The notes: a model not told the origin generated them from the sequence alone. A stretch of 54,545 bases of DNA from a virus (IMGVR_UViG_3300012663_000581:1-54545); one strand, 5' to 3'. Counted from the first letter of the stretch, positions 36,801-46,523 are shown. Numbers and translations are program-made.

Positions 36801-38975
36801 TCCAGTTTTAACAAAGATTGTAGATGTTAACCCTTGGTTTTCTAGAGGAACATTAGTAGTATTACCCGCTGTTAATGTATCAATAATAATAGATCTAAAA
36901 TCATTTACAGTATTAAGAACTAGACTATCAACAGATACTCCTAATACTTGCCCGACTGCTGGAAAACTATTGTTTATTTGGATGTATGATGGGCTGGTTG
37001 GCACTCCACTTAGCACATTTATAATGATATCAAACAAATAATTTAGTGTTGCAATAAATTCGTCAATTTGCGCAGCAACTTCAGGTGTAATAAATTTATT
37101 GTCAAATTGTTTATCAAAGTAAGATAATACATACGCGATAGTCTGACTGTTGCTATTTCGAGATAAATCAAACATAACTGCATCTATTAGATAGCTTGTG
37201 TCTCGTTTTGTTTTGTCCGCATCTGGGTAGGAGCCTTGCACAAACGGCAAGTTATCTTCATTGACTTGATATATTTGCCATTGTAGTGTTTCTTGTATTA
37301 AAAAATCCTTGTTTAAAAATAATCGTTGTTTTGCTGTAGCATTATAAAGTCCCTCAGCAACACGCTCGCAAGCATATTTTATAGACTTGTATGGATTGTC
37401 CCATGTTGCTCCGCTAGTAACTTCGTCAGTCCCTGAAGGCGCTACATAATAAACAGCTGGTGTTTGGAATACGTTAGACCATGTCGGAGTTCCAGTAACT
37501 GATTTTAATAAGAATCCTTCTGGGCCAATTTCTAGTGCTTCGTTAACTCCAGCAGTATTGACTACCATTTCACCCGGTAAGTTTAATACATTGTACTGAT
37601 CGTGTGGTAGGTATAATACCCAAATATCTTTATCAACATTTAAGTCTGGGCGATTTAGTAAGGTTGATATATTAGTAGTAATGCATCGATATGTTGCATT
37701 ATTCCATACTGCAATATCTCCAACTATATAAGTAGTTGCCGCAATCCATTTACTTCTCCATCTAATACCTGGTGTAATTATTTTCCAGTATGCTCCGTTG
37801 ACGCCTGATAACAATAACGCATCGTTGTCAGCAATAGTATTGTATGGAGAAATACTGATAATTAACGTTGTACTGTCAACTACATTAACAACATATTGCC
37901 CTAATTCAAACCCATTGCCGGATATAATCATGCCTGGCACTATACCAGTTGTATCATCAACAACTAAAGTGGTTCCGCTGCTACCAAGGGCAGTATAAGT
38001 TACAGTAATATTTGCTACTGTTGGATCTTGCGCTGAATTATCCTGTATCGCTTCATATAGATTGCCGCCGCGACGAACTACTGAACCAATCTTGTAGGCA
38101 GTTGCAGTTATCCAGTCGTTTTGAAAACTGTATCCAGTCGTTACTACTTCCCAGTTGCCGCCTAGTGTTACAGGTAAAATGTTTGAATTATTAACAATTA
38201 AGTTAATATATGAGTATCCACCGTATTTTACAACATCGCCTAACGCATAAACAGTTGTGCTATTCCATGTTCCTGTGTATTCTGGGCCAGGCAACCATAA
38301 GCGCCATGAAGGTAATGTGTTTTCTATATCAGCAGTTGCATCAAAGGGTAATGCTGATAAATGCCCTCTGTTAGCGATCCATAGATCTGGACCATATTTA
38401 ACAACATCGTTAGTTTTGTAACGTACAGCAGTTGGATTCCACGTGCCTTTAAATTCGATTCCTAATTCTAAAATTTCCCATTTCAGTATATCAGTCTCGA
38501 GTAATGTTGCAGAAGTATGTTGAACTGTACATTTGTAAGTTATGCCGCCGTATTTTACAATGTCTCCAAGCGTATATGTCGTAGCTGCTATCCAATCCCC
38601 GGTCCAGTTACTGTTAACACCGATATAGATCTCCCAATTGGCAGGATTAAACGTAGCTCCGCTTGGTGCATTAACAATACGTTTGTATATACTTCCACCA
38701 TAGAGTACAATATTTCCTAGAGTGTAGTTAGTAAGAGGTTGCCATTCTCCCTTCCACGCAGTACCCTCAAGCATTAATGTCCAGCGAGGAGAATTACCGT
38801 TTACTGGATCAACATAGGTGTAATCGCTGTAAAACTGACTAGACGTATGTGGAATTAAACAAACATATGTTTTACCGTCAAAAGATGAGACTGCATCTCT
38901 ATTATAGAACGTTGCTGTTTGCCAGGCGCCTCTCCATGTATATCGCAATCTACCAATTTTAAATTCTGCTGCCAT
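30837..38975 (-). CDS. Giant multidomain virion/fibre protein (2712 aa), paralog of the 3482-aa protein
   Basis: Same N-terminus (EFKIGRLRY.W.G.W), beta-helix core (GGRIRATNGNSSYGT) and C-terminus (SQVRLTNHD...STDQDGNF), with different inserted domains. Confidence 0.8.
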   Translation of the reverse strand: MAAEFKIGRLRYTWRGAWQTATFYNRDAVSSFDGKTYVCLIPHTSSQFYSDYTYVDPVNGNSPRWTLMLEGTAWKGEWQPLTNYTLGNIVLYGGSIYKRIVNAPSGATFNPANWEIYIGVNSNWTGDWIAATTYTLGDIVKYGGITYKCTVQHTSATLLETDILKWEILELGIEFKGTWNPTAVRYKTNDVVKYGPDLWIANRGHLSALPFDATADIENTLPSWRLWLPGPEYTGTWNSTTVYALGDVVKYGGYSYINLIVNNSNILPVTLGGNWEVVTTGYSFQNDWITATAYKIGSVVRRGGNLYEAIQDNSAQDPTVANITVTYTALGSSGTTLVVDDTTGIVPGMIISGNGFELGQYVVNVVDSTTLIISISPYNTIADNDALLLSGVNGAYWKIITPGIRWRSKWIAATTYIVGDIAVWNNATYRCITTNISTLLNRPDLNVDKDIWVLYLPHDQYNVLNLPGEMVVNTAGVNEALEIGPEGFLLKSVTGTPTWSNVFQTPAVYYVAPSGTDEVTSGATWDNPYKSIKYACERVAEGLYNATAKQRLFLNKDFLIQETLQWQIYQVNEDNLPFVQGSYPDADKTKRDTSYLIDAVMFDLSRNSNSQTIAYVLSYFDKQFDNKFITPEVAAQIDEFIATLNYLFDIIINVLSGVPTSPSYIQINNSFPAVGQVLGVSVDSLVLNTVNDFRSIIIDTLTAGNTTNVPLENQGLTSTIFVKTGTYYEEMPIILPANTVLVGDELRGTAVYPKVTINTLVTRSTSGTNRFTVATTEGMTEGAPVQFVSLNPVDEKTTIFAGVQAGSTYYIVGTPTATQIQVSPNIGGTPITLTNNIGVMRIYGGDALKDMFYVQNATGIRNMSLFGLLGTLTDVNSYNTRRPTGGSYVSFDPGVGPDDTSTWIIRRSPYIQNVTTFGVGCVGMKVDGTLHNGGNKSMVANDFTQILSDGIGAWVTGPDSLSELVSVFSYYNYAGYFAEDGGRIRATNGNSSYGTFGVIAEGFNNEETPIVGNINNRYYEATATPLSSLGSNAEILKLQYSHAGEQYIAATTNMLTYSNTFTSWTSDGNITLIQSIVSPFGQSNAWLAIGNTSATDSSFFYQDVNITPSGAQYSEVSGTNITGSGSLATFNVTVTSTAYLVDIFNGGSGYVTTNRIRILGSQLGGLDGTNDLVITVTELVGTSISGIDVAPSEDYPNLVQVGSTQPYVFSVFCKKGTSTTFDVIATFSGFSTASSQITFNFNTLSVTPSATAGGYVPITYAAVPVSGAEGWYRLYFRFNDVSALNNSLRLKIYPRSQFGNTAYTLLYGAQLEIGSALGFYLDTDVGRYTAYANYEIVGAGTGVKVIGEEIRSNSIYQTRLLEVDGVIGGDNYLLSTNNAQTGDDKSIVIAASDVAGAKEYLGMRLFVNSGTGAGQYGTISYFDTVSKTASIIMENFTLIGITSTETTSDTFSLDPTGDVNLLYVGQVVQFVPTSFTSTVTKVSQSSISVTGTTGGLVNQLTVSSTVRLTLDMPVSFSGSTFGGVTSNFTYYVLAIIDEFTIQLSTAVGGAAVLLTTVEAGVMTLNYPDGTSYLQGPTTNMAVNLPIYFTGNALSSVVAGTTYYINEIFGSGNFTISSLLITPTATNTTVVSNAVTLSDTTGLVSLNPIIFTGTPFGGIAATTKYYINHIIDLTRITLATAITSTTITSTRATSNLITVGSTAGFIIGNPIIFTGTTFGGIVNDQRYYILYVANSTRFTISNTSTALSVTVTETTASTDPTRPNQLTINSSNNLVMLNPITFSGTTFGGLFSGIEYYVNRINDATHITVSPSILSVTATETADVSNLITVNDTAGLRSGNPIIFSGETFGQIVSGTVYYVSAVNDGTTFTISTTPGGSAFSLTPGTGSVTARTTSENVILTTGTGSFVGTTRASGTPVTLSTATGSCVTRTTTGSITLSTATGTLEGTTTSVKDQLATDFGTMNGIFEVPLLGGISLGTPYYITAVTPGAPNKFSVSAVSAVGPTLNLTNSTGSMQMGQAGWDHVNPGTPLVSSFDASTTYSIEPRIVYSSPAYSAAPSTILSQAPGTSYVGIAYGKDRFAAIPNSGNIIVYSTSGSVWTQVTLPTARTWSSIAYGNNYWVIISQQGSAPGSTVLYSNSNLATWKSSNLPALRNWSKVVYGNGRFIAITTDSNATAISTNNGASWSAGGVLSGAAWSSIAYGNNRFVVTASSGTSVAYSTTGTSWTAAVLPTNTTWSGVAYGNGRFVAIASTTGKAAYSLDGITWTSSPYNVNGTSLTYGNGVFVATGHEPTPVTPTAYTSEDGIIWTVRSSQSNMGAVAFGFTDSADAVFVSVNGQNFSNIIEAGSVAKARPVVSDGNIISINQWDPGSNYLTVPTVTITDTNATLVASTLPLVGDGVLANPTFLNRGVGYNTNTTTINITGLGYASNFQIGSSLIIDNLDKLPSAGDNLAIVDNDVIYKVTSTVLLDGTVAPDIRAIVSIDPPMTVGLSPSHGTIVNVRTKYSQVRLTNHDLLNIGFGNFEQSNYPRLPETTVLSPQNEAIENNYGRVFYSSTDQDGNFRVGKLFAVEQATGIVTLSASQFGLSGLTELKIGGVAVGGNSVIITQFSTDSTFVANSNQIIPTQRAIKSYLSSRLSQGGSNTFTGKLIAGTVEVGGPDVITSTVPEGNDGSVVNMPTLTKISGIGDGVDAGYGGWDGDGMAFSFFMKSIAVR

Positions 38976-38993
38976 TTTCTTTTCCTTGTTCTC

Positions 38994-38999
38994 TATTTA
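38994..38999 (-). promoter_or_regulatory. Late promoter core TAAATA
   Basis: 18 nt upstream of ATG 38975 in a short intergenic gap. Confidence 0.55.
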
Positions 39000-39011
39000 C
39001 ACGTTAGCTAA

Positions 39012-39389
39012 TTATGGGGTTATGATTAATTCTGGGGGATACGTATAACTCTGATTAACACGTACTATAAACTCGCCAGCAGTATTAATATAATAATATA
39101 CATTTTTACTGTCCCAACGGAATTGGTCCCATTGTAAATTTGAATAAGGTCTACTATGGTCTTCTTCTAGTCGTCCGTCAAAAAAATCAACTCCGTATTC
39201 AAACTCAGTATAATCATTTTCTGTTAAACCTGAGTTATTGATAGTAATTGTACCTAGATCGGTAAGTTGATCAATTTTAGAAAAGAACAACAACCCGTCA
39301 TCGTCTCGACGAATTGCATAAAAGTATCTAGGATTGCCTTCACCTAATACTTCGCTTAGTGCATTGTTTTGCCCAATGTAATATGTCAT
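39012..39389 (-). CDS. Hypothetical protein, probably structural
   Basis: 125-aa ORF tightly packed in the late operon; no motif recognised. Confidence 0.55.
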   Translation of the reverse strand: MTYYIGQNNALSEVLGEGNPRYFYAIRRDDDGLLFFSKIDQLTDLGTITINNSGLTENDYTEFEYGVDFFDGRLEEDHSRPYSNLQWDQFRWDSKNVYYYINTAGEFIVRVNQSYTYPPELIITP

Positions 39390-39398
39390 AATAATTCC

Positions 39399-39728
39399 TT
39401 AAATTAGTTCTACATAACTAATGATTGCATCAACTGCATCTTCAACATTTGCTGAGATGCTTAAACTGTTACTAGTTGATAAGATCAATTTTTCGCCGCC
39501 GTTAACTACTCTTAAACTTGAGTTGGGAGGTACTAGAACTTGTTTAGCATAATACCCAGTCACGCTAGCATCATCGGTTAACGTGATATCAATTAATACA
39601 ATACCTGTAGTTAAATTTGCCAAACTTAATCCAATGATAGTCATACGACTGTTTGGTGCAGTTGCTAACACTTGTACAGGTGTTACACCTATTTCCTTAG
39701 CTACTTTATTTCTAAAAAATGATGCCAT
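39399..39728 (-). CDS. Small beta-rich structural protein (family of four)
   Basis: TIIGLSLAN...I.I.L...Y.AK.V.VPPNSSL...GEKLIL...L...A...DAIISYVE. Confidence 0.65.
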   Translation of the reverse strand: MASFFRNKVAKEIGVTPVQVLATAPNSRMTIIGLSLANLTTGIVLIDITLTDDASVTGYYAKQVLVPPNSSLRVVNGGEKLILSTSNSLSISANVEDAVDAIISYVELI

Positions 39729-39733
39729 GTTCT

Positions 39734-42700
39734 TTATCCAAATATAATTGCACTGACAATTCCAATGTCTTGTGCTTCTGCAAGTGTTACTCCACCACCT
39801 GCTGCTTGTCCTGCATTAACCCAGTTTGCGCCGTCCCATACTTCAACTCTAAAGTTACCCGGGTCTGTGTTATAACGCATCATACCTATATCGAATAATG
39901 GAGGTCTTTGAGTCGTTAGTCCTGTTGGGATTACAAATCCGCCGGTGCTGTTAATCTTAACATATCCATCGCCAGTTTGATTAAAATATGTTATACTGTT
40001 ATTTACAGTATTTGTAACGGTGCTTCCGTTAATAGAAAAATTACCAGTACGAACTGAGCCTGTACCATTAGGCGTTAATACTAAATTAGTATCAGTAGTA
40101 GTTGTTGATATAACATTGTTATTGATGTTTATTGCGTCTACATCTACGTTAATAACATTTAATCTTGTTGATGTTAGATCAGCGACCTGTGTACCGTTGG
40201 TATAAAAACGGATTGTATTGTCATTAGCACCTGGAGTTGCTTCTGCTGTAATCTTTGTATTACCGTCAGCATCCTCAACGCCGTCTAGTCTAACCCATGC
40301 TGTACCGTTATACCCTTCATAGCGAGATAACTCGCTGTTAAATCTAACCATACCAGCTGCGCCTGTTGGGCGAGCGGCAATATTGCCAACCGGTAACTTA
40401 ATACTCTGTGTAGAATTAACTGTAACAATACCAGTGCCATTTGGTGTTATCACCATATCACTGCCAGTATTGATTCTGATTTCGTTTTCTTGTACGTCAA
40501 ATTGTTCTAGTACAATATATCCTGTGCCGGCTGCTTGTAATTGTAAATTACTGTTAGTAACTGTAGTTTGAATAGTATTGCCGTTAATACTAATATTACC
40601 AGTGGTAAATGTTCCGGCTGTTACGGTTCCACTATTATTAATGTTAGCAGTAAAGGTTGTGCCGGTAACTGTTAGATTGTTATCAATAGTAACATTATTA
40701 GTTGGCACAGAAATAATACCAGTACCGGCAGCTCCTAGTTGTAGATTACTATTAGTTAAAGTTGTTGTAATTACATTGTTAGTAATATTAATATCTTTAA
40801 ATTGTGCAATATTTGAAACTGTTAAGTTTCCAGTTAGCACATAGTTGCCAGTTTGATTTACATCACCTGTTCTTGTAGTTGCACCAACATGAGTTAGTGT
40901 TCCAGTAATACCAGTATCGACTAAGGTTGTTAAACCCGTAACAGTTAGTGTTTTACCCAGTGTAACATCATTACTTGGAACATAAATTCTACCAGTTCCA
41001 CTTGCTTCTAAGACTAAATCAGTGTCTGCTAGAGTTGTGGTAATATTGTTGGTAGTAATCCGTATATTGCCAGTGCTGAAAATATCTGATGTTACTGTGC
41101 CAGTATTGTTAATTGTAGTGGTACTAGTTGTTCCTACTACTGTAAGTGTTCCAGTTACTTCAGCATTGTCTAGAGGAACAATTACTTTGCCGGTGCCGGC
41201 TGCTTCTAAAATTAAATCATTATTACCAATAGTAGTAGTAATAACATTAAGATCAACTTTAATATCTTCAAACTGTGCAGTTGATCCCACATCTAATGTA
41301 CCAGTAACTGTCAAATTACCAGTTTGATTAACATCGCCGGTTTGTGTGACCGCACCAGTGTGTGTAATATCGCCAACTACTGCCAGTGCAGTGCCCAGTG
41401 GTACTGATAAGGTAGTAGTTCCAAGTACTGTTAAATTTTGTCCCAGCTCAACGTCACTAGTAGGAATAGATATAATTCCATTGCCGTTTGCTTCTAATAC
41501 TAAATTGCTGTTTGTTAAAGTAGTAGCAATATTATTAGTGCTAATGCTAATATCACCAGTACTAAATGTACCCGATGTTATTGTGCCGGTGTTGCCTATT
41601 GTAGTGGTACTGGTTATACCTAAAACTGTTAGTGTGCCAGTTACTTCTGTATCATTTGTTGGGATTGATACTTTGCCTGTGCCAGCTGCTTCTAATATTA
41701 GATCATTATTACCAATTGTAGTAGTAATGACATTATTATCAATCTCAATATCTTCAAACTGTATTGTAGATCCAACAGTTAATGTTCCGGTAATTTCAGT
41801 GTTACCAGTTTGGAACAAATCTCCAGTCTGTGTTACTCCGCCAACGTGAGTAACTGTTGCAGGTGTACCAACTACTCCAATATTAGTAGTTTTTAAATAG
41901 GTTGTTCCATTAACAGTTAAATTTTGATCTAGTTGTACACTATTACTTGGTACATAAATTTTTCCACTGCCGGCAGCTTCAAGTACAAGATTACTATTAC
42001 CTGTTCTACTTGTTATGTTGTTACTGGTAATAGAAACATTGCTAGTATTAAATGTACCTGATGTAACAGTACCAGTATTACTAATTGATGAAGTTGTAGT
42101 AGTGCCTACTACCGTTAATGTATTTTCAATAGTGACATTATTGGTAGGAACATAAATTCTACCAGTACCAGCAGCACTTAATATTAAATTATTAGTGCCA
42201 ACGGTGGTTGTGATAGTGTTAGTATCAATCTTAATGTCTTGGAACTGTGCAGTAGATCCAACTGTTAAGGTACCTGTTATCTCAGTACTACCAGTTTGCG
42301 TTAGATCTCCAGTTTGCGTTACTCCGCCAATGTGTGTAACTGTTGACGGCGTACCGATAACACCAATATTAGTAGTTGCTAAATTTGTAGTGCCCAGTAC
42401 TGTTAGATTGTTAGTAATTTCAACATCGTTTGCTGGAACATAAATTAATCCACTACCGTTAGCACGTAATTCTAAATTATTATTACCAGTGAGTGTGGTA
42501 ATGTAATTACTTTGTATCTTAACGTCACCAGCAGTTAATGTTAGCGAACTAATAGACGTATCTACATTCAATGAGCCAACATCAATATAACCAGTTACTG
42601 TTAAATCTTGTGTGATCTCAACATCACTATCTGGTACATATACTCGACCAGTACCGGCCGCATCAAGTACTAGATCATTATTGCTAAGAGTTGTGCTAAT

Positions 42701-45700
42701 GTTGTTGTTATTAATTTTAATATCAGCAAACTGTCCGTAGCCAGTAGTAGTAAACGTGCCTGTTAGAGTAATATCGCCAGTTTGTGTTACGTTACCAGTT
42801 TGTGTTACATCACCAACATGTGTCAGTGTTCCAGTAACATTTAACGCCTGTACATCTGTTGTTCCGTTAACAGTTAAATTATTTGTTATCTCAACATTGT
42901 TAAGTGGGACATAAATGCGGCCTGTACCGTTAGCTTGTAGAGTTAGATCTAAATTAGAATCAGTAGTGGTAATAACATTAGTACTAATCTGAATGTTAGC
43001 ATTAATTAATGTTGTAGAATATAATGTGCTCCAACGTTCTGTACTTGTGCCTAGATCATATGTACTGTCTAGCTTAGGTAATATATCACTGTCAACACCT
43101 GCAACAAAACGTACAACGTCAGTTGACTCGTTACCAATAGTAACATTGCCTCCAACTGTAACATCGCCAGTGACTTCTAAATTACCAGTTACAGTAACAT
43201 TGCTCTGTAGATTAATTTGATTAGTAGCAGAGTCAACATTAAAGTCTTGACTCAATGTTTCAATAGTATTACCGCTAATTCTAAAATCACCAGTTTCAAT
43301 TTTAGTAGCATCAATGTAAGTGATATTGCCGCCACCGTCATCGAATGTTAGACTTGTTCCAATACTAACAGCCGAGTTGGTAAAGCTAACTTCGCCAGTT
43401 GCTTGATTAACGTAGAACAAATCTCCAATACGGAAATCGCCTTTGTGGTCCACGCTGTTATAATAAATCTTAGCATCGTTAAGTTCAACAACTTCATTGG
43501 CCTGTATAACAGTATTAGGATCGTTAGTAGTCTCTTTACCGTTGCCAATATAGGCTAAGTTCTGTCCAATTAGGTAGGCAATAACGCCAGCACCGTCACC
43601 ATAGATACCATAGTTACCGTAGACAGCGGCTGAGCCAATTGAACGTAATTCGACGCCAAAGTCTGAATAGTCTGCTACTGCTAAATCAGTTGTTGCGCCA
43701 CCTGCTGAGCTACGAATATCAACAAACGTAACACCGTCGTCAACAACGTTTGTGCTGTTGTTTAATCCGTTAAAATGTAATAATAAAACAGTTGAAGTAT
43801 CAGCTAAAAATGGTATTGTAGGAACCGTGACCGCAGTAGTATATTTGGTTACGCCTTTTACTACACGCAGTTCGTCAATATATCCAGTACATAGTGCAGA
43901 GCCTGTATAACTTGCTCCTAATCTAAATGGTCTTGCTGGATAGTTTGTAGCATCGGCAAAAGTTGTTGGTGTAATAGTTCCGTTAACTGCTAACTTGGTA
44001 ACACCTCCAGTTCTAAATAACACTACGTGATTAAATGTTCCTGCTGTACAAGCTACAGATGATGTGATTCGATAGGCATTGCTAACAAACAATCTAATGC
44101 TGCCAGCAGCGTTCATTTCTAAATATAATGCAGTATCGTTTGTTGCTGTCCTGCAATCTAGTAACACTTGAGCAACGCCGAGGGCAGTTGGTCTCCAGAA
44201 AAACTCAATAGTAAAATCACCGGTTCCGTAACCAAAGTCAACTTGACTGCTTAATGTGATAAAATCACCAGTGCCGTCTAATACAAGGCCTGCTGTACCA
44301 AACTTTTTCTGTGCAGTACTTAACTTTGCATCACCGTTTAGTGTTACAGTCTTAGGAGCACGGTCGTCTGGAATTAAAAATCCCTGAACTCTCCCTGTTA
44401 AATTAATCCAATCGCCGTCGACGCTATCAACGGTACCCGAAGTTAGTACAGTAGTTCCGTCTGTGCCATAGTAGCTAACAGTATTGCCCACTGCCCAAGT
44501 GCCTGTTCGTGTGGCCGCTGGTAATTTTAATCTTGTTAATCCTGCGCCAGCAAATCCATCGTTACTGCTATACAAGTGCATACTGCGATTTGCATAGTAG
44601 GTAAATGAGTTTAGCCATTCAATTCGAGCACCGTTAGTGGCAACAATTACATCAACGCCTGGGCAAATAAATGTAACACTGTGAAACAGCATTGCTGCTT
44701 CTTTGCTCACGGCAGTTGCATATGCACCGTCAATGTATGCGCCTTTACCAGCATCACCTTGATTGTAGCCTAACGGATCTGATAAACTTGTTACACTACC
44801 TTTAGTTAGAACAGTAATATTTCTAACGTATGGGCTACGACTTGTAACTGCGAAATCTGTTGCAAAACGGAATGTATATCCGTTATCTGGAAATACTCTA
44901 TTGCCACCGTTACAGCTGAATGTTAGATTAGAAACAAATACGCTTGTAGTCGGAGTAGCTGTTCCGCCAGTGTGCGTTAACACTACAACACCAGTTGTAT
45001 GTGTATAAACAGCATTAGTAATAACGCGATTTGTTCCACCAATGTTAATAGTTCCACCACTTACATAAGTGTGTGCATACGGTGCGGTACCTACGTTGAT
45101 TGTAGTTGATCCTGCACTGGCAGCAGTTACCGTAAAGTAATTTCCGCCGCTGAAGAAATCTGCAATGGTAATATCTTCAACGGTTGATTCGCCATTGAGT
45201 AAAAATGCGTCATTATATCGTGTGGCTGTAGTAGGAACAATCTTTACTGAACGAATTCCAGTACCCCTAACTGTTACGCCCACAGGAACAGTTAACGGAA
45301 ATATTTCAGTATAAGTGCCCGGATAAATGTAAACAGTGTCTTCACTAGCTGCTACACTTAATGCTTTTTTAACAGTAGCAAATGGATCGTTTTGATGTTC
45401 ACCGGCATTTGTATCTGAACCGTTAGTAGCTACATAATATATTTTGCCTTGTACAGAATTTAAGTTAATCCCGTCAATAGTTACGTCACCTGAAACTATT
45501 GCATCAGCATAAACATTTTTAACCCATAGATCTAACCAACGCTTTTGATCAAATCTAATTGATGCAACGTTGTAAACGCCATCTACTAATCCATCGTTAG
45601 TAGTTGATACAGTTTTTGGGTTAGTGCCAGACCACGCACCTAGTGTGTTTATTGCATAGCTACCGGCTACACCATCTAATGCTATTTGATATGCCTTGCC

Positions 45701-46417
45701 AACTGTATGGGCAATTAATGTATTAACCCATGTTGGGCCAGCAGCTGGTATAGATAATACTACTGTTGTGCCAGTACCGCTAACTGTTAGTGTTACATCG
45801 CCTAGAGTAAATTCAGTACCTTCTACGTACCCAGTACCGCCGTTACCAAGTGTGTATGTAATATCAGTGTTGGGAATAATATCACTTGCAACATCTGCAT
45901 TAATTGTAATATTATCAGTGTTAGCATCACCAACTGTAATGTTGCCGTCTGCACGAATATTTCCAGTAGCATAGATATTGCCGTAAACATTAGTGTTTGC
46001 GTAGACGTCTACTGACCCTGTTCCGTTAGGGCGCAATTCTAAGTTAGTGTTTGATCCAGATGCTAAGTTTGTTGAGATGATATTTGTGTTAATATCAATG
46101 TCGTCTATGACTAACTTTGCTGTAACAGTTACTTGATCGCCGGTGCTGTTAGTTAAATTTAATGTGCCAGTGTTGCTGGTAATTGTACTGCCAAGGACCG
46201 TCAGATCGGCAAGAGTCGATTGTGTTGTGACAAATAAATCTGTTGTCTTTGTGGTTCCAGTAACATCTAATTCGGTAGTAGGAGCTGTATTTTTAATACC
46301 AATTTTTCTACCTGTAACATCTAAGTGTAGAAGATCGTTATCAAACGTTAGGTCATGACCATTGCGAGTTAAATTGTCTTTCAGTAGTTGACCGGAAATT
46401 CGACCAAGCTGGCTCAT
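39734..46417 (-). CDS. Long tail-fibre-like protein (2227 aa) with beta-helix and LamG/concanavalin A-like domain
   Basis: YYVATNGSD...DPFATVKKAL...YIYPGTYTE beta-helix start; LamG-like segment at about 43770-44350 (FGTAGLVLDGTGD...DFTIEFF...GYIDELRVVKG); many N.I.TT..N.NL.L.A.GTG shaft repeats; P.G....RP...GM.R.N modules. Confidence 0.8.
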   Translation of the reverse strand: MSQLGRISGQLLKDNLTRNGHDLTFDNDLLHLDVTGRKIGIKNTAPTTELDVTGTTKTTDLFVTTQSTLADLTVLGSTITSNTGTLNLTNSTGDQVTVTAKLVIDDIDINTNIISTNLASGSNTNLELRPNGTGSVDVYANTNVYGNIYATGNIRADGNITVGDANTDNITINADVASDIIPNTDITYTLGNGGTGYVEGTEFTLGDVTLTVSGTGTTVVLSIPAAGPTWVNTLIAHTVGKAYQIALDGVAGSYAINTLGAWSGTNPKTVSTTNDGLVDGVYNVASIRFDQKRWLDLWVKNVYADAIVSGDVTIDGINLNSVQGKIYYVATNGSDTNAGEHQNDPFATVKKALSVAASEDTVYIYPGTYTEIFPLTVPVGVTVRGTGIRSVKIVPTTATRYNDAFLLNGESTVEDITIADFFSGGNYFTVTAASAGSTTINVGTAPYAHTYVSGGTINIGGTNRVITNAVYTHTTGVVVLTHTGGTATPTTSVFVSNLTFSCNGGNRVFPDNGYTFRFATDFAVTSRSPYVRNITVLTKGSVTSLSDPLGYNQGDAGKGAYIDGAYATAVSKEAAMLFHSVTFICPGVDVIVATNGARIEWLNSFTYYANRSMHLYSSNDGFAGAGLTRLKLPAATRTGTWAVGNTVSYYGTDGTTVLTSGTVDSVDGDWINLTGRVQGFLIPDDRAPKTVTLNGDAKLSTAQKKFGTAGLVLDGTGDFITLSSQVDFGYGTGDFTIEFFWRPTALGVAQVLLDCRTATNDTALYLEMNAAGSIRLFVSNAYRITSSVACTAGTFNHVVLFRTGGVTKLAVNGTITPTTFADATNYPARPFRLGASYTGSALCTGYIDELRVVKGVTKYTTAVTVPTIPFLADTSTVLLLHFNGLNNSTNVVDDGVTFVDIRSSAGGATTDLAVADYSDFGVELRSIGSAAVYGNYGIYGDGAGVIAYLIGQNLAYIGNGKETTNDPNTVIQANEVVELNDAKIYYNSVDHKGDFRIGDLFYVNQATGEVSFTNSAVSIGTSLTFDDGGGNITYIDATKIETGDFRISGNTIETLSQDFNVDSATNQINLQSNVTVTGNLEVTGDVTVGGNVTIGNESTDVVRFVAGVDSDILPKLDSTYDLGTSTERWSTLYSTTLINANIQISTNVITTTDSNLDLTLQANGTGRIYVPLNNVEITNNLTVNGTTDVQALNVTGTLTHVGDVTQTGNVTQTGDITLTGTFTTTGYGQFADIKINNNNISTTLSNNDLVLDAAGTGRVYVPDSDVEITQDLTVTGYIDVGSLNVDTSISSLTLTAGDVKIQSNYITTLTGNNNLELRANGSGLIYVPANDVEITNNLTVLGTTNLATTNIGVIGTPSTVTHIGGVTQTGDLTQTGSTEITGTLTVGSTAQFQDIKIDTNTITTTVGTNNLILSAAGTGRIYVPTNNVTIENTLTVVGTTTTSSISNTGTVTSGTFNTSNVSITSNNITSRTGNSNLVLEAAGSGKIYVPSNSVQLDQNLTVNGTTYLKTTNIGVVGTPATVTHVGGVTQTGDLFQTGNTEITGTLTVGSTIQFEDIEIDNNVITTTIGNNDLILEAAGTGKVSIPTNDTEVTGTLTVLGITSTTTIGNTGTITSGTFSTGDISISTNNIATTLTNSNLVLEANGNGIISIPTSDVELGQNLTVLGTTTLSVPLGTALAVVGDITHTGAVTQTGDVNQTGNLTVTGTLDVGSTAQFEDIKVDLNVITTTIGNNDLILEAAGTGKVIVPLDNAEVTGTLTVVGTTSTTTINNTGTVTSDIFSTGNIRITTNNITTTLADTDLVLEASGTGRIYVPSNDVTLGKTLTVTGLTTLVDTGITGTLTHVGATTRTGDVNQTGNYVLTGNLTVSNIAQFKDINITNNVITTTLTNSNLQLGAAGTGIISVPTNNVTIDNNLTVTGTTFTANINNSGTVTAGTFTTGNISINGNTIQTTVTNSNLQLQAAGTGYIVLEQFDVQENEIRINTGSDMVITPNGTGIVTVNSTQSIKLPVGNIAARPTGAAGMVRFNSELSRYEGYNGTAWVRLDGVEDADGNTKITAEATPGANDNTIRFYTNGTQVADLTSTRLNVINVDVDAININNNVISTTTTDTNLVLTPNGTGSVRTGNFSINGSTVTNTVNNSITYFNQTGDGYVKINSTGGFVIPTGLTTQRPPLFDIGMMRYNTDPGNFRVEVWDGANWVNAGQAAGGGVTLAEAQDIGIVSAIIFG

Positions 46418-46512
46418 GAGTGCTCCTTTGTACCCCGTGTTTCACGGTTAACCACCTTGCATTGCGGGTTTACCACAGTTTAATATCGTAGGAGTTAGCC
46501 AACTCTTACAGT
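46418..46512 (-). promoter_or_regulatory. Candidate structured 5' leader RNA
   Basis: Two hairpins (46488-46509 and 46435-46447) flanking a direct repeat GTGGT(A/T)AACC, between a TAAATA box and SD AAGGAG. Confidence 0.5.
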
Positions 46513-46517
46513 AATTG

Positions 46518-46523
46518 TATTTA
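46518..46523 (-). promoter_or_regulatory. Late promoter core TAAATA
   Basis: cTAAATAc context, as at 2006-2013; 100 nt upstream of ATG 46417. Confidence 0.55.
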
